NCBI RefSeq assembly: GCF_000009045.1
Contig: NC_000964.3
Location: 240,001 to 272,000, forward strand
Reading direction: 5' to 3'
Length of the DNA: 32,000 nucleotides
DNA from: Bacillus subtilis subsp. subtilis str. 168
GTDB taxonomy: Bacteria; Bacillota; Bacilli; Bacillales; Bacillaceae
The stretch's first letter is position 1. Each line of letters begins with the position of its first letter. This document shows, piece after piece, positions 17,791-26,718 of the stretch. The position numbers were made by a program, and so were the translations under genes. The notes under the pieces are model-generated. The model saw nothing but the letters and a program-made list of their open reading frames with translations. It did not search any database and was not told the DNA's origin.

Positions 17791-18498
17791 ATGACAGCTT
17801 TATATTCTGTTATCAAGTTTAAAATCATTGAGTTAATTAAATCGGGCAAATATCAGGCGAATGATCAGCTGCCGACGGAGAGTGAGTTTTGCGAACAATA
17901 TGATGTCAGCAGAACAACTGTGAGACTGGCTCTGCAGCAGCTAGAGCTTGAGGGATATATTAAAAGAATTCAAGGAAAAGGGACATTTGTATCGGCGGCC
18001 AAAATACAAACGCCGATTCCGCATAAGATTACGAGCTTTGCAGAACAAATGAGAGGACTTCGTTCTGAATCAAAAGTGCTTGAGCTTGTGGTGATTCCTG
18101 CCGATCATTCCATCGCCGAGCTTTTGAAAATGAAAGAGAATGAACCTGTCAACAAGCTTGTCAGAGTCAGATACGCCGAGGGGGAACCTTTGCAGTATCA
18201 TACCTCATATATTCCCTGGAAGGCGGCACCGGGGCTGGCGCAGGAGGAATGCACCGGCTCGCTGTTTGAATTGTTAAGGACAAAATACAATATTGAAATC
18301 AGCAGGGGCACGGAATCGATCGAACCGATTTTAACGGATGAAACGATCAGCGGACACTTATTAACCAATGTCGGAGCGCCTGCGTTTTTATCAGAATCCC
18401 TTACCTATGATAAAAATGAAGAAGTGGTGGAATATGCGCAAATTATTACACGGGGAGACCGAACGAAATTCACCGTAGAACAGTCATATCATTCATAA
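17791..18498 (+). CDS. gamR: GntR/HutC-family repressor (wHTH + UTRA domain) of the gamAP operon
   Basis: 235 aa. wHTH segment [45 protein letters not shown]-like C-terminal half. Divergent to gamA. Confidence 0.9.
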
Positions 18499-18531
18499 AG
18501 CAATGTGTTTTAAGAAGGGAATGGTGGTTCT

Positions 18532-18807
18532 ATGTTTTTATTTACGAATGGAAAAGTGCTGTGGGGAGCAGTGATTGCTGCATTCATCCTTTCAATTGTA
18601 TTTTACCCTTTTCTGCCGACGCAGATGCCGATTCATTATGATGTTGCGAACAGTCCGGATCTGACGGTTAACAAGCTGGCGGGGACTGTGATGCTGCCTG
18701 TTTTGATGGTGGTGTTTGCATGGGCGCGGAAGATCAATTGGCAATTTGTATTCGCAGTGTATATTTTGCTGATTTGCCACATTGTCGTCCTTTGTTTAGC
18801 GCTCTAA
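18532..18807 (+). CDS. ybgB: Small membrane protein resembling only the N-terminal DUF1648 part of SdpI-like proteins
   Basis: 91 aa with 3 hydrophobic segments. The segment FLPTQMPIHYDVANSPDLTVNK resembles the DUF1648 signature (LP..iP.H.n..G.pD....K). SD GGGAATGGTGG. Confidence 0.7.
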   Translation: MFLFTNGKVLWGAVIAAFILSIVFYPFLPTQMPIHYDVANSPDLTVNKLAGTVMLPVLMVVFAWARKINWQFVFAVYILLICHIVVLCLAL

Positions 18808-18810
18808 ATC

Positions 18811-18845
18811 AAACAGCCAGAATAAAACTGGCTGTTTTCTTTAAT
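18811..18845 (+). terminator. Rho-independent terminator after ybgB
   Basis: Stem aaacagccag/ctggctgttt with a 7-nt loop, followed by TCTTT. Confidence 0.8.
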
Positions 18846-18897
18846 TTCAGCTTCATCTGACAATGAATGTGGTGTATAATAGCTGATGATCCTAAAG

Positions 18898-18912
18898 AAT
18901 ATTCTGAAATTT
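18898..18912. promoter_or_regulatory. CodY box, 13/15 match to AATTTTCWGAAAATT
   Basis: AATATTCTGAAATTT lies in the ilvE(ybgE) upstream region, about 18 nt after a TATAAT hexamer (18875-18880). ybgE is a published CodY target. Confidence 0.55.
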
Positions 18913-19015
18913 ATAGGTGTGAAGCGGCGTATTATTAAAGGAAAGGCTGTATACTTTTTGCAGCTTTAAAAAGACTGAATATTTAAACAATTATGTGAAA
19001 GGTGTGCTGATTAGA

Positions 19016-20086
19016 TTGAATAAGCTTATTGAACGAGAAAAAACTGTATATTATAAGGAAAAGCCCGACCCGTCTTCCTTGGGGTTTGGACAATATTTTA
19101 CAGATTATATGTTTGTGATGGACTACGAAGAGGGGATTGGATGGCATCATCCGAGAATTGCGCCGTACGCACCGCTTACGCTTGATCCGTCTTCATCTGT
19201 TTTTCATTACGGCCAGGCTGTTTTTGAAGGATTAAAAGCATACAGAACAGACGACGGCAGGGTGCTGCTGTTCCGTCCGGATCAAAATATCAAACGGCTG
19301 AACAGATCGTGTGAGCGCATGAGCATGCCCCCTTTAGACGAAGAGCTGGTGCTTGAGGCATTGACGCAATTAGTTGAGCTGGAGAAAGATTGGGTTCCAA
19401 AGGAAAAAGGAACGTCACTGTATATTCGTCCTTTTGTCATTGCCACAGAACCGAGTCTCGGTGTGAAGGCATCCAGGAGCTATACATTTATGATCGTGCT
19501 TTCGCCTGTCGGCTCCTATTATGGCGACGATCAGCTGAAGCCGGTTAGAATCTATGTCGAAGATGAGTATGTGAGGGCGGTCAACGGAGGAGTCGGGTTT
19601 GCAAAAACGGCTGGAAACTATGCCGCCAGTCTTCAGGCACAGCGGAAAGCGAATGAACTGGGCTATGACCAGGTACTGTGGCTGGACGCCATCGAAAAGA
19701 AATATGTGGAAGAAGTAGGGAGCATGAACATCTTTTTCGTCATAAACGGGGAAGCTGTCACACCTGCTTTAAGCGGAAGCATTTTAAGCGGGGTTACACG
19801 TGCGTCTGCGATTGAATTGATTCGAAGCTGGGGCATTCCGGTTCGTGAAGAGAGAATATCGATTGATGAGGTGTATGCGGCCTCTGCACGCGGAGAATTG
19901 ACAGAGGTCTTTGGCACAGGCACGGCAGCAGTCGTTACGCCTGTCGGTGAACTCAACATCCATGGAAAAACGGTGATTGTAGGCGACGGGCAAATCGGGG
20001 ACCTCTCGAAAAAGCTGTATGAAACGATAACAGATATTCAGCTTGGCAAGGTAAAAGGCCCGTTTAACTGGACAGTGGAAGTGTGA
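19016..20086 (+). CDS. ilvE: Branched-chain amino acid aminotransferase (fold-type IV PLP enzyme)
   Basis: TTG 19016 lies about 10 nt after GAAAGGTG, giving 356 aa. PLP-lysine context GGVGFAKTAGNY. Full-length class-IV aminotransferase similarity. Confidence 0.9.
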   Translation: MNKLIEREKTVYYKEKPDPSSLGFGQYFTDYMFVMDYEEGIGWHHPRIAPYAPLTLDPSSSVFHYGQAVFEGLKAYRTDDGRVLLFRPDQNIKRLNRSCERMSMPPLDEELVLEALTQLVELEKDWVPKEKGTSLYIRPFVIATEPSLGVKASRSYTFMIVLSPVGSYYGDDQLKPVRIYVEDEYVRAVNGGVGFAKTAGNYAASLQAQRKANELGYDQVLWLDAIEKKYVEEVGSMNIFFVINGEAVTPALSGSILSGVTRASAIELIRSWGIPVREERISIDEVYAASARGELTEVFGTGTAAVVTPVGELNIHGKTVIVGDGQIGDLSKKLYETITDIQLGKVKGPFNWTVEV

Positions 20087-20092
20087 AAATCG

Positions 20093-20127
20093 AAAAAGAA
20101 CCTGCCCGGAGGCAGGTTCTTTTTATT
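20093..20127. terminator. Bidirectional terminator between convergent ilvE and ybgF
   Basis: AAAAA-gaacctgcc-cgga-ggcaggttc-TTTTTATTTT. It overlaps the ybgF stop codon. Confidence 0.9.
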
Positions 20128-21535
20128 TTGAATGAGTCATATCAGCAGCCGGCTGGCTTTTGCGGTTTTTTACATAATATATTGCATAGCAAATGGCCAT
20201 AAATGGAACGCCGCAATAGAGTGCGATTCTTTGATTCGGATCAAAGGCAATGCCAACGACGGAAGCCAGGCATAACAGGAACGCAGCAATCGGCACGAAC
20301 GGATACAAAGGGGTTCTGTATTTCAAATCAGTAACCTTGTTTCCCGCTTCGATATAACGTTTTCTGAACATGAATTGAGAAGCAGCGATTCCCATCCACA
20401 CGACAACGACGGCAAAACCGGAAATCGACACGAGCACAACGTATACAGTGTCTGGCGCAAATACGCTGGACAGCAACGACAGAATGCCGCCGATCATGCT
20501 GAACACCAGCGCGTTAAAAGGGGTTCCTTTTGACGTCAGCTTTGCAAATGTCGGATGAAGCGTTTTTTCTTTTGATAAAGACCACAGCATCCGGGAAGAA
20601 GCGTAGAGTCCGGAATTAGCCGCTGACAGGATCGCTGTCAGGATAACAAAGTTCATGATATCGGCTGCGTATGGTACACCGACTCTGTCAAAGACAGCGA
20701 CAAACGGGCTTTTGATGACACCTGCATCTTGAATCGGAATCAGCCCTGACAGCACAAAAATTGTTCCGACAAAGAAGAGCGAGAGACGCCAGACCGTTGT
20801 TTTTATCGCTTTTGGTATCGTCTTGTCAGGATCAACGCTTTCACCGGCTGCGATTCCGATTAGTTCCGTTCCCGAAAAGGCAAAATTGACGGACAGCATC
20901 GTCATCAAAATCGGGACAAATCCATTGGGAAAAAGCCCGCCTTCCGCCGTGAAGTTGGACAGCATCGGAGCGGCTTCTCCGCCTTTGATCGGGATGATGC
21001 CGAACATGGCAGAGCCGCCTAAAAGAATAAATAATACAATGGCTAATACTTTGATGCTGGAAAACCAAAATTCTGATTCAGCGAAAAACTTGACCGAAAA
21101 TGCGTTAAGCAAGAAGATGAACAGCGCAAAGACGGCACTCCACATCCAAACCGATGTATGGGGGAACCAGCGCTGCATTAACAGGCCGGCTGCTGTGAAT
21201 TCTGATCCCAATGCCACGGTCCATGTCAGCCAATACAGCCAAGCGACCGTAAATCCGGTGCCCGGCCCTATGTATTTGGCTGCATAGGTGTGAAAGGCGC
21301 CGGTCACAGGCATGGCGACTGACAGCTCACCGAGGCATAGCATGACCAGATAGACGATGCCGGCCCCGACTAAGTAGGCGAGTATCGTTCCGGCCGGGCC
21401 TGCTTGCTGAATGGTATAACCTGAGCTTAAAAACAGCCCGGTTCCGATGACACCTCCCAAGGAAAGCATAAAGAGGTGCCGGCTTTTCATACTTCTCTGA
21501 AAGGTTGTCTCATTCTTGTTGTGGGCAGAGTTCAT
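20123..21535 (-). CDS. ybgF: APC-family amino acid permease (possible S-methylmethionine permease by context)
   Basis: 470 aa with 12 TM segments. N-terminal signature [24 protein letters not shown]. Immediately downstream of mmuM on the same strand. Confidence 0.88.
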
Positions 21536-21571
21536 CTTTTTCCAACTTTCTATCAGCGATTTATTTCCTTC

Positions 21572-21607
21572 CTAATAAAAAATCTCATGTCAGAAAGTGA
21601 CACGAGA
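21572..21607 (-). terminator. Strong intrinsic terminator between mmuM and ybgF
   Basis: The minus strand reads TCTCGTGTCA-ctttc-TGACATGAGA-TTTTTTATT. This is a 10-bp stem with one G-U pair. Confidence 0.75.
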
Positions 21608-21655
21608 CTCCGGCGAACCGGCTTTAAGTTAGAATATACAAACTATTCCGATAAG

Positions 21656-22603
21656 TCAAGTTGTTTTTAAAGAGCGGGCCCAAGCCGCAATTTCTTGAAT
21701 ATTTTCGGGTTTTGTCCGGCAGCAGCCGCCAATCAGCCTCGCTCCTTTTTCATGCCAGGTGCGGGCGCTCGCCCCGTAAGATTCTGCGCATGCTGCGCCG
21801 TTCCACGTTTTTGTTTCCGGATCATATTGCTCACCTGAATTCGGGTAGACAATGATCGGTTTTGACGTGTTCTTTTTTAACTCCTCTATCAAGGAAGGGA
21901 TATGCTGAAGCGGCGTGCAGTTGATGCCGAGTGCTGCAATTTGGCGGTGTTCATCAAGCCACGATGCGCAGTCAGCTGCAGGTGTTCCGTCACTGATATG
22001 CAAGCCGTCTTTAGCACTGAAGCTGATCCATGCATACGTTTCAGGAAATTCCTTCAACAGCCGAACAATCGCTTTGGCTTCAGTCAGACACGGAATCGTT
22101 TCGCATGCCAATACATCAGCTCCGGCTTCAATCAGCGCCTTCATCCGGGGGCGATGAAATTCAATCAGTTCATCTTCTGATATTGCGTAGTTGCCGCGAT
22201 ACTCAGACCCGTCTGCAAGATAAGCGCCATAAGGGCCTATAGAAGCCGCAATGATCGGTTTTGGCCGATTCAAACGGTTCTCTTCAAGCGACCAAAATTC
22301 ATCACGTGCTTCAGCTGCGATGCTGACGGACAACTCGATGAGCCGGCGTGCTTCCGCTTCGCTCAGCCCGCGTGCGGCAAAGCCTTCAAATGTAGACTGA
22401 TAGCTGGCGGTGATTGCACAATCGGCGCCTGCCGCAAAATAATCAGTATGAACTTGTTTAATCAGCTCCGGCTCTTCCATCAGGATTTTTGCCGACCACA
22501 GACTGTCATTCAAATTACAGCCCTTGCGTTCAAGCTCGGTCGCCATGGCGCCGTCTAGCACAATAAGCGGGTATGTATCTAATATGTGTTGGATAGGATT
22601 CAT
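21656..22603 (-). CDS. mmuM: Homocysteine S-methyltransferase (S-methylmethionine/SAM-dependent)
   Basis: 315 aa. Zn-binding Cys motifs GINCT and IGGCCRTKP. Full-length Hcy-methyltransferase (PF02574-type) similarity. Confidence 0.93.
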   Translation of the reverse strand: MNPIQHILDTYPLIVLDGAMATELERKGCNLNDSLWSAKILMEEPELIKQVHTDYFAAGADCAITASYQSTFEGFAARGLSEAEARRLIELSVSIAAEARDEFWSLEENRLNRPKPIIAASIGPYGAYLADGSEYRGNYAISEDELIEFHRPRMKALIEAGADVLACETIPCLTEAKAIVRLLKEFPETYAWISFSAKDGLHISDGTPAADCASWLDEHRQIAALGINCTPLQHIPSLIEELKKNTSKPIIVYPNSGEQYDPETKTWNGAACAESYGASARTWHEKGARLIGGCCRTKPENIQEIAAWARSLKTT

Positions 22604-22651
22604 AGAATGTACCGATGCCTTCTTTCAGATTTTTTTGAAAAAGATATGAAA

Positions 22652-22680
22652 ATCGTAATGGAGGCTTACGTGTTTGTCAA
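22652..22680 (-). promoter_or_regulatory. Candidate sigma-A promoter of mmuM (TTGACA-17-TACGAT)
   Basis: Perfect -35 element (reverse complement of 22675-22680), 17-nt spacer, and -10 element TACGAT (reverse complement of 22652-22657). Confidence 0.5.
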
Positions 22681-22687
22681 TAAACGC

Positions 22688-22730
22688 AAAAAGAGAAAGG
22701 TGTTCAGCCCATATGTCTGAACACCCTTTT
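22688..22730 (-). terminator. Rho-independent terminator of glsA-glnT
   Basis: Stem ggtgttcag/ctgaacacc with a 9-nt loop, followed on the minus strand by TTTCTCTTTTT. Confidence 0.8.
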
Positions 22731-22731
22731 C

Positions 22732-24168
22732 TTATGATATTTGTTTGTTGTGCGTGTCAGTCTTTGTGTCTGAAACCGGCCAGCACTCAATGCCATTATG
22801 GTTTTTGAGCACATCTTTATAAAAGACCGGATCCTTGCCTGCTTTTTTCTGGCGTGTATAGTCTTTCAGCGCCGTAAAAACGACCTTTGATAGTAAGAAA
22901 ATCGCGATTAAATTCACGATGACCATCAAACCCATGAACAAATCAGCAAGATCCCAGACGAGCTGGACTTTGGCAACACAGCCAAACACGATCATTGCCA
23001 GCACGCCGATACGGTAGACAAAAATCAGTTTTTTGCTTTTGTTCAAAAAGCCGATATTGGTTTCGCCATAATAATAGTTTCCAATTAGAGCACAGAATCC
23101 GAATAACAAAATCAGAATCGCGAGAAAGCCTGATGCCCATGATCCGACATGGGAGCTGAGGGAGGCTTGTGTCAAGGCGATTCCGCTCAGACCCGGAGTA
23201 TGATAGGCATCCGAAAACAGAATGATAAAAGCGGTGCTTGTACAAATGACCAGTGTATCTGTCAGTACACCAAAAGCTTGGATCAGCCCCTGTTTGACGG
23301 GATGGCTTGTTGTGGCGGTGGCAGCGGCATTTGGTGCGCTTCCCATTCCCGCTTCGTTTGAAAAGATTCCCCGTCTGACGCCTTGCATGAGTGCCGCGCC
23401 CAAAGCCCCGCCGGCGGCCTGGTCAAAACCAAACGCATTTTTCACGATTAGCGCAAGCACACCTGGCAGCTGCGTAATGTTGGAGAAAATGACGAAAAAC
23501 GCAACTCCGATATACAGGACAGCCAATACGACGACAATGGATTCAGCCAGCTTTGCAATGCGCTTGACTCCGCCAAAAATAATCGTGCCGAATACAGCAA
23601 TTAAAATGAGTCCCAATGTCAGGCGGTTTGTGCCAAACGCGTTTTCAAAGGCAAGGCTGACTGTATTGGATTGAACCGAGTTGAAGACGATACCGAACGA
23701 TAAGGTGATTAACACAGCGAACAGCGCGCCCATCCACCTTTTGTTCAGCCCTTTTTCCATGTAATACGCCGGCCCGCCGCGGAAGCCGTTTACATCTTTT
23801 ACTTTATAAATCTGAGCCAGTGTGCTTTCCACAAAGCTGGATGCTGATCCGATAATGGCGATAATCCACATCCAGAAGATTGCACCGGGCCCGCCGAGTG
23901 CAATGGCGATAGCAATGCCCGTAATATTTCCCGTTCCGACACGGGCCGCCATGCTGATGCAAAAGGCTTGAAACGGAGAAATGCTGTTTTTTGACCGGGA
24001 AGCAGCACCTTCTCTTAATACCCTGACCATTTCTTTCAGCATGCGAACCTGTAAAAACTTAAGCCTGAACGTAAAATAGATTCCAAAAGAAAGGAGCAAA
24101 ACAATTAATAGCTTTGACCACAAAAGATCATTTGCAATACCGACGATATGTTCTAGGATTTGCTGCAT
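22732..24168 (-). CDS. glnT: Sodium:amino acid (alanine/glutamine) symporter, AGCS family
   Basis: 478 aa. AGCS signature ALGGPGAIFWMWI. SD AAGAGGTGA. It starts 22 nt downstream of glsA. Confidence 0.93.
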   Translation of the reverse strand: MQQILEHIVGIANDLLWSKLLIVLLLSFGIYFTFRLKFLQVRMLKEMVRVLREGAASRSKNSISPFQAFCISMAARVGTGNITGIAIAIALGGPGAIFWMWIIAIIGSASSFVESTLAQIYKVKDVNGFRGGPAYYMEKGLNKRWMGALFAVLITLSFGIVFNSVQSNTVSLAFENAFGTNRLTLGLILIAVFGTIIFGGVKRIAKLAESIVVVLAVLYIGVAFFVIFSNITQLPGVLALIVKNAFGFDQAAGGALGAALMQGVRRGIFSNEAGMGSAPNAAATATTSHPVKQGLIQAFGVLTDTLVICTSTAFIILFSDAYHTPGLSGIALTQASLSSHVGSWASGFLAILILLFGFCALIGNYYYGETNIGFLNKSKKLIFVYRIGVLAMIVFGCVAKVQLVWDLADLFMGLMVIVNLIAIFLLSKVVFTALKDYTRQKKAGKDPVFYKDVLKNHNGIECWPVSDTKTDTHNKQIS

Positions 24169-24190
24169 AGAATCACCTCTTTTTTCATGT

Positions 24191-25174
24191 TTAAAAAATG
24201 CTGAGCTCCCATTCCTGCGCCATATGCTTCAGCAGCATACCGCCAGTGAGGCTGTTGCCGTATTCATCAATGGCAGGCCCGTAAATGCCGATGCCGCATC
24301 CGGATTGAAAAGGCTGTTCTCTTCTGGCGCTTGGAGGCACCAGCGCCATGATGCCGCCGGAGACGCCGCTTTTGGCCGGCACGCCGACAAACGCCGCATA
24401 TTTGCCTGAAGCGTTGTACATGCCGCACGTCAGCATTAATGCCTTGGCCAATTTTGCCACATCTTTTGGAATCACCTGCTCGTGTCGAATCGGATGATAC
24501 CCGTCATGAGCAAGGATCAGGCCGATCAACGCAATATCTTCTGTAGTGCTCTCCATAGCGCATTGCTTCAAGTACACCTCAAGTGTTTCTTCTACTTCAG
24601 CTTCTAAAAAGTTTGTTTCTTTTAAATAGTAGGCCAGCGCTCTGTTGCGGTGGGCGGTTTCCCATTCAGAACGGAATACTTCTTCATGAATTCTTGGCCG
24701 TTTTCCTATCAAAGTTTCCATCACCGAGTAAAGAAACTCGAGCTTTTCGTATGCAGATTCTCCGGGAAGGATCGAAGCGATGGTGAGGGCACCCGCGTTG
24801 ATCATGGGATTGAAGGGCTTTCCCGGCTTGTTGATTTCGAGCCGAATGATTGAATTAAAGGCGTCACCTGTCGGCTCGACATCTACGCGGTCAAGCACAT
24901 AGGGAATGCCGCGGCTCATGCAGGCGGCAATAAAGCTAATCACTTTTGAAATGCTTTGCATGGTAAAAGAGACGTTCCAGTCGCCGGCGTGTATCATCGT
25001 TCCATCAGGCTCCAATACACAGATGCCGAGCTGTGAATCATTGACTTTTCCTAAAGCGGGGATATAGTTTGCGCTTTGTCCATTGGCGGCAAAAGGGCGA
25101 TAGTATTCAACCCAATCATGAAGCTGTAACGCCGGGTTTATGTCTTTCTGGTGCTCTTTTATCAATTCTTTCAT
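24191..25174 (-). CDS. glsA: Glutaminase (serine-dependent beta-lactamase-like fold)
   Basis: Start trimmed to ATG 25174 (MKELIKEHQ..) after GAGGAGGA. SxxK motif QSISKV. 327 aa. Confidence 0.93.
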   Translation of the reverse strand: MKELIKEHQKDINPALQLHDWVEYYRPFAANGQSANYIPALGKVNDSQLGICVLEPDGTMIHAGDWNVSFTMQSISKVISFIAACMSRGIPYVLDRVDVEPTGDAFNSIIRLEINKPGKPFNPMINAGALTIASILPGESAYEKLEFLYSVMETLIGKRPRIHEEVFRSEWETAHRNRALAYYLKETNFLEAEVEETLEVYLKQCAMESTTEDIALIGLILAHDGYHPIRHEQVIPKDVAKLAKALMLTCGMYNASGKYAAFVGVPAKSGVSGGIMALVPPSARREQPFQSGCGIGIYGPAIDEYGNSLTGGMLLKHMAQEWELSIF

Positions 25175-25240
25175 CGAATTCCTCCTCACTGATTTTTTTC
25201 TTAAAGGACTGAGGTGTATCAAAACGAAGGCTAAGGGGGC

Positions 25241-25254
25241 GTTAAACGCTTTCA
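25241..25254 (-). promoter_or_regulatory. cre-like box, 12/14
   Basis: The minus strand reads TGAAAGCGTTTAAC, about 70 nt upstream of glsA. This match level is expected by chance many times per window, so only the location supports it. Confidence 0.25.
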
Positions 25255-25266
25255 TAATAGCGGAAG

Positions 25267-25284
25267 GTATAATTACTGTATAAT
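25267..25284. repeat. Tandem direct repeat GTATAAT-tact-GTATAAT (11-bp period) in the glsA/glnK divergent region
   Basis: Read directly from the sequence. It could be two alternative -10 boxes for glnK, or a tandem response-regulator (GlnL) site. Confidence 0.4.
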
Positions 25285-25475
25285 GGAGACTACAGAATCA
25301 TACAAAATACGACAAAAACATTTTGAAAATAAGCAGTAAGATTTATAAAAACCTCATGTTCTGGGTCAAAAGCAATTTGCAGGTTTTCTCCCGATTCCCC
25401 AAAATAAAAAGCGAGGATGTGATCAACATAAAACTGGAACGGTTTATTGAAAAAGACGGATATATACTGGCCCTC

Positions 25476-26708
25476 ATGCTGATTACGGTGCCGCTGGCCG
25501 GTGAACTGAAATTTTATCCCCTCAATGAAGAATTCCGGGTCAGCTTTGGGGCACCGGTTTTTTTCTTCTTTTTATCATTGTTGCGGCATGTGCCCGCTGT
25601 GCTGCCGGGTTTTCTGACTGGAGCGGCTGTTTTCATCTTTCGCGTCTTTCTGGAATTATGGGGCGGAGGACACAATGGGCTGACTCCGATTCTGTATGAT
25701 CAAGCGTCTGGCTTTTTCTTTTATATGACTTACGCCTGTCTGTTTTCCATATTAAAGGCCAATCGTTTCCGTGAACGGCCGATTATGCTCGGTTTCATTG
25801 GGTTTATGATTGAAGTTGTGTCAGATTGTGTCGAGCTAACTGTGCAATTTCTCATTTTTCATACGGTTGTCACGCCTGAGAAAATCACTGACATTGCGGT
25901 GATTGCGATTTCTCACACATTTATTGTGATGAGCTTTTATAGTGTGCTGAAGCTGTATGAAACACAATCGAGAGAAAAACAGACAAGGCAGCAGCACGAG
26001 CACATGCTGATGATCGTTTCCAATTTATATGAAGAAACGGTGCACCTAAAAAAGACATTGAAAACGACAGAGAAAGTGACAAACGATTCGTATCAGCTCT
26101 ATCGGGAAATGAAGGGCAAGGATGTTCAGCTGAGCGGCAGAATCCTGAGACTGGCCGGAGAGATTCATGAAGTGAAAAAGGACAACCAGCGGATATTCGC
26201 AGGGCTTTCAAAACTGATTTCGAATGAGAGTTTGAGAGATTATATGAGGGCTTCTGATTTGCTGCAGCTCGTGATTCGAATGAATGAAAAGTACGCTGAA
26301 GCACTAGGGAAGCAGATTGATTTTTACTGCTCGATCGAGGGAGAGCATGACGAATATCACGTATTTATCGTGCTTTCGATCATTAATAATCTAACAGCAA
26401 ATGCGGTAGAGGCTATGGATGAAGAGGGAATGGTCAGCCTGAGGCTCCGTAAGCCAAATGAGAGTATGGTAGAATTCCAGGTGGAAGACAATGGCCCCGG
26501 GATTTCCGAGAAAATCGGAGACATTGTGTTTGACCCGGGCTTTACTTCAAAATATGACGAATTTGGCACGCCTTCTACGGGTATCGGACTTTCCTACGTA
26601 AAGGAAATCGTGACAGAGCTAGAAGGGGATATCACGTTTGATAATCAGCAGCGGGGAGTGGTGTTTGCCATCAGGCTGCCTGTCCGGCATTTGATTCAGA
26701 AAGGGTGA
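25476..26708 (+). CDS. glnK: Sensor histidine kinase (polytopic N-terminal sensor, HATPase_c C-terminus) of the GlnK-GlnL system
   Basis: HATPase motifs IINNLTANAVEA (N box), EDNGPGI (G1) and TGIGLSYV (G2). Candidate phospho-His in LAGEIHEVKKD. The start codon is uncertain: ATG 25476 gives 410 aa, and in-frame upstream starts (25323, 25356, 25419) lack a good SD sequence. Confidence 0.85.
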   Translation: MLITVPLAGELKFYPLNEEFRVSFGAPVFFFFLSLLRHVPAVLPGFLTGAAVFIFRVFLELWGGGHNGLTPILYDQASGFFFYMTYACLFSILKANRFRERPIMLGFIGFMIEVVSDCVELTVQFLIFHTVVTPEKITDIAVIAISHTFIVMSFYSVLKLYETQSREKQTRQQHEHMLMIVSNLYEETVHLKKTLKTTEKVTNDSYQLYREMKGKDVQLSGRILRLAGEIHEVKKDNQRIFAGLSKLISNESLRDYMRASDLLQLVIRMNEKYAEALGKQIDFYCSIEGEHDEYHVFIVLSIINNLTANAVEAMDEEGMVSLRLRKPNESMVEFQVEDNGPGISEKIGDIVFDPGFTSKYDEFGTPSTGIGLSYVKEIVTELEGDITFDNQQRGVVFAIRLPVRHLIQKG

Positions 26709-26718
26709 ACCAAAAGCT

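Noticed and set aside
18808-19015. T-box, riboswitch or attenuator upstream of ilvE, and likewise upstream of mmuM (22604-22690) and ybgF
   Set aside because: I could find no T-box core (..GGUGGNACCGCG..), specifier-loop architecture or SAM-riboswitch-sized leader. The mmuM leader is only about 45 nt, and the ybgF pre-terminator segment is about 25 nt.
25175-25330. TnrA/GlnR box (TGTNAN7TNACA) in the glutamine-related glsA/glnK region and before glnT
   Set aside because: Reading both strands by eye, I found no match. The closest, TGTATAATGGAGACTACA, fails the conserved A at position 5. A proper position-weight-matrix scan would be needed to exclude weak sites.
25282-25338. 18-codon ORF METTESYKIRQKHFENKQ in the glsA/glnK spacer
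   Set aside because: Its ATG is part of the TATAATGG -10-like hexamer and has no SD sequence upstream, so it is most likely fortuitous.
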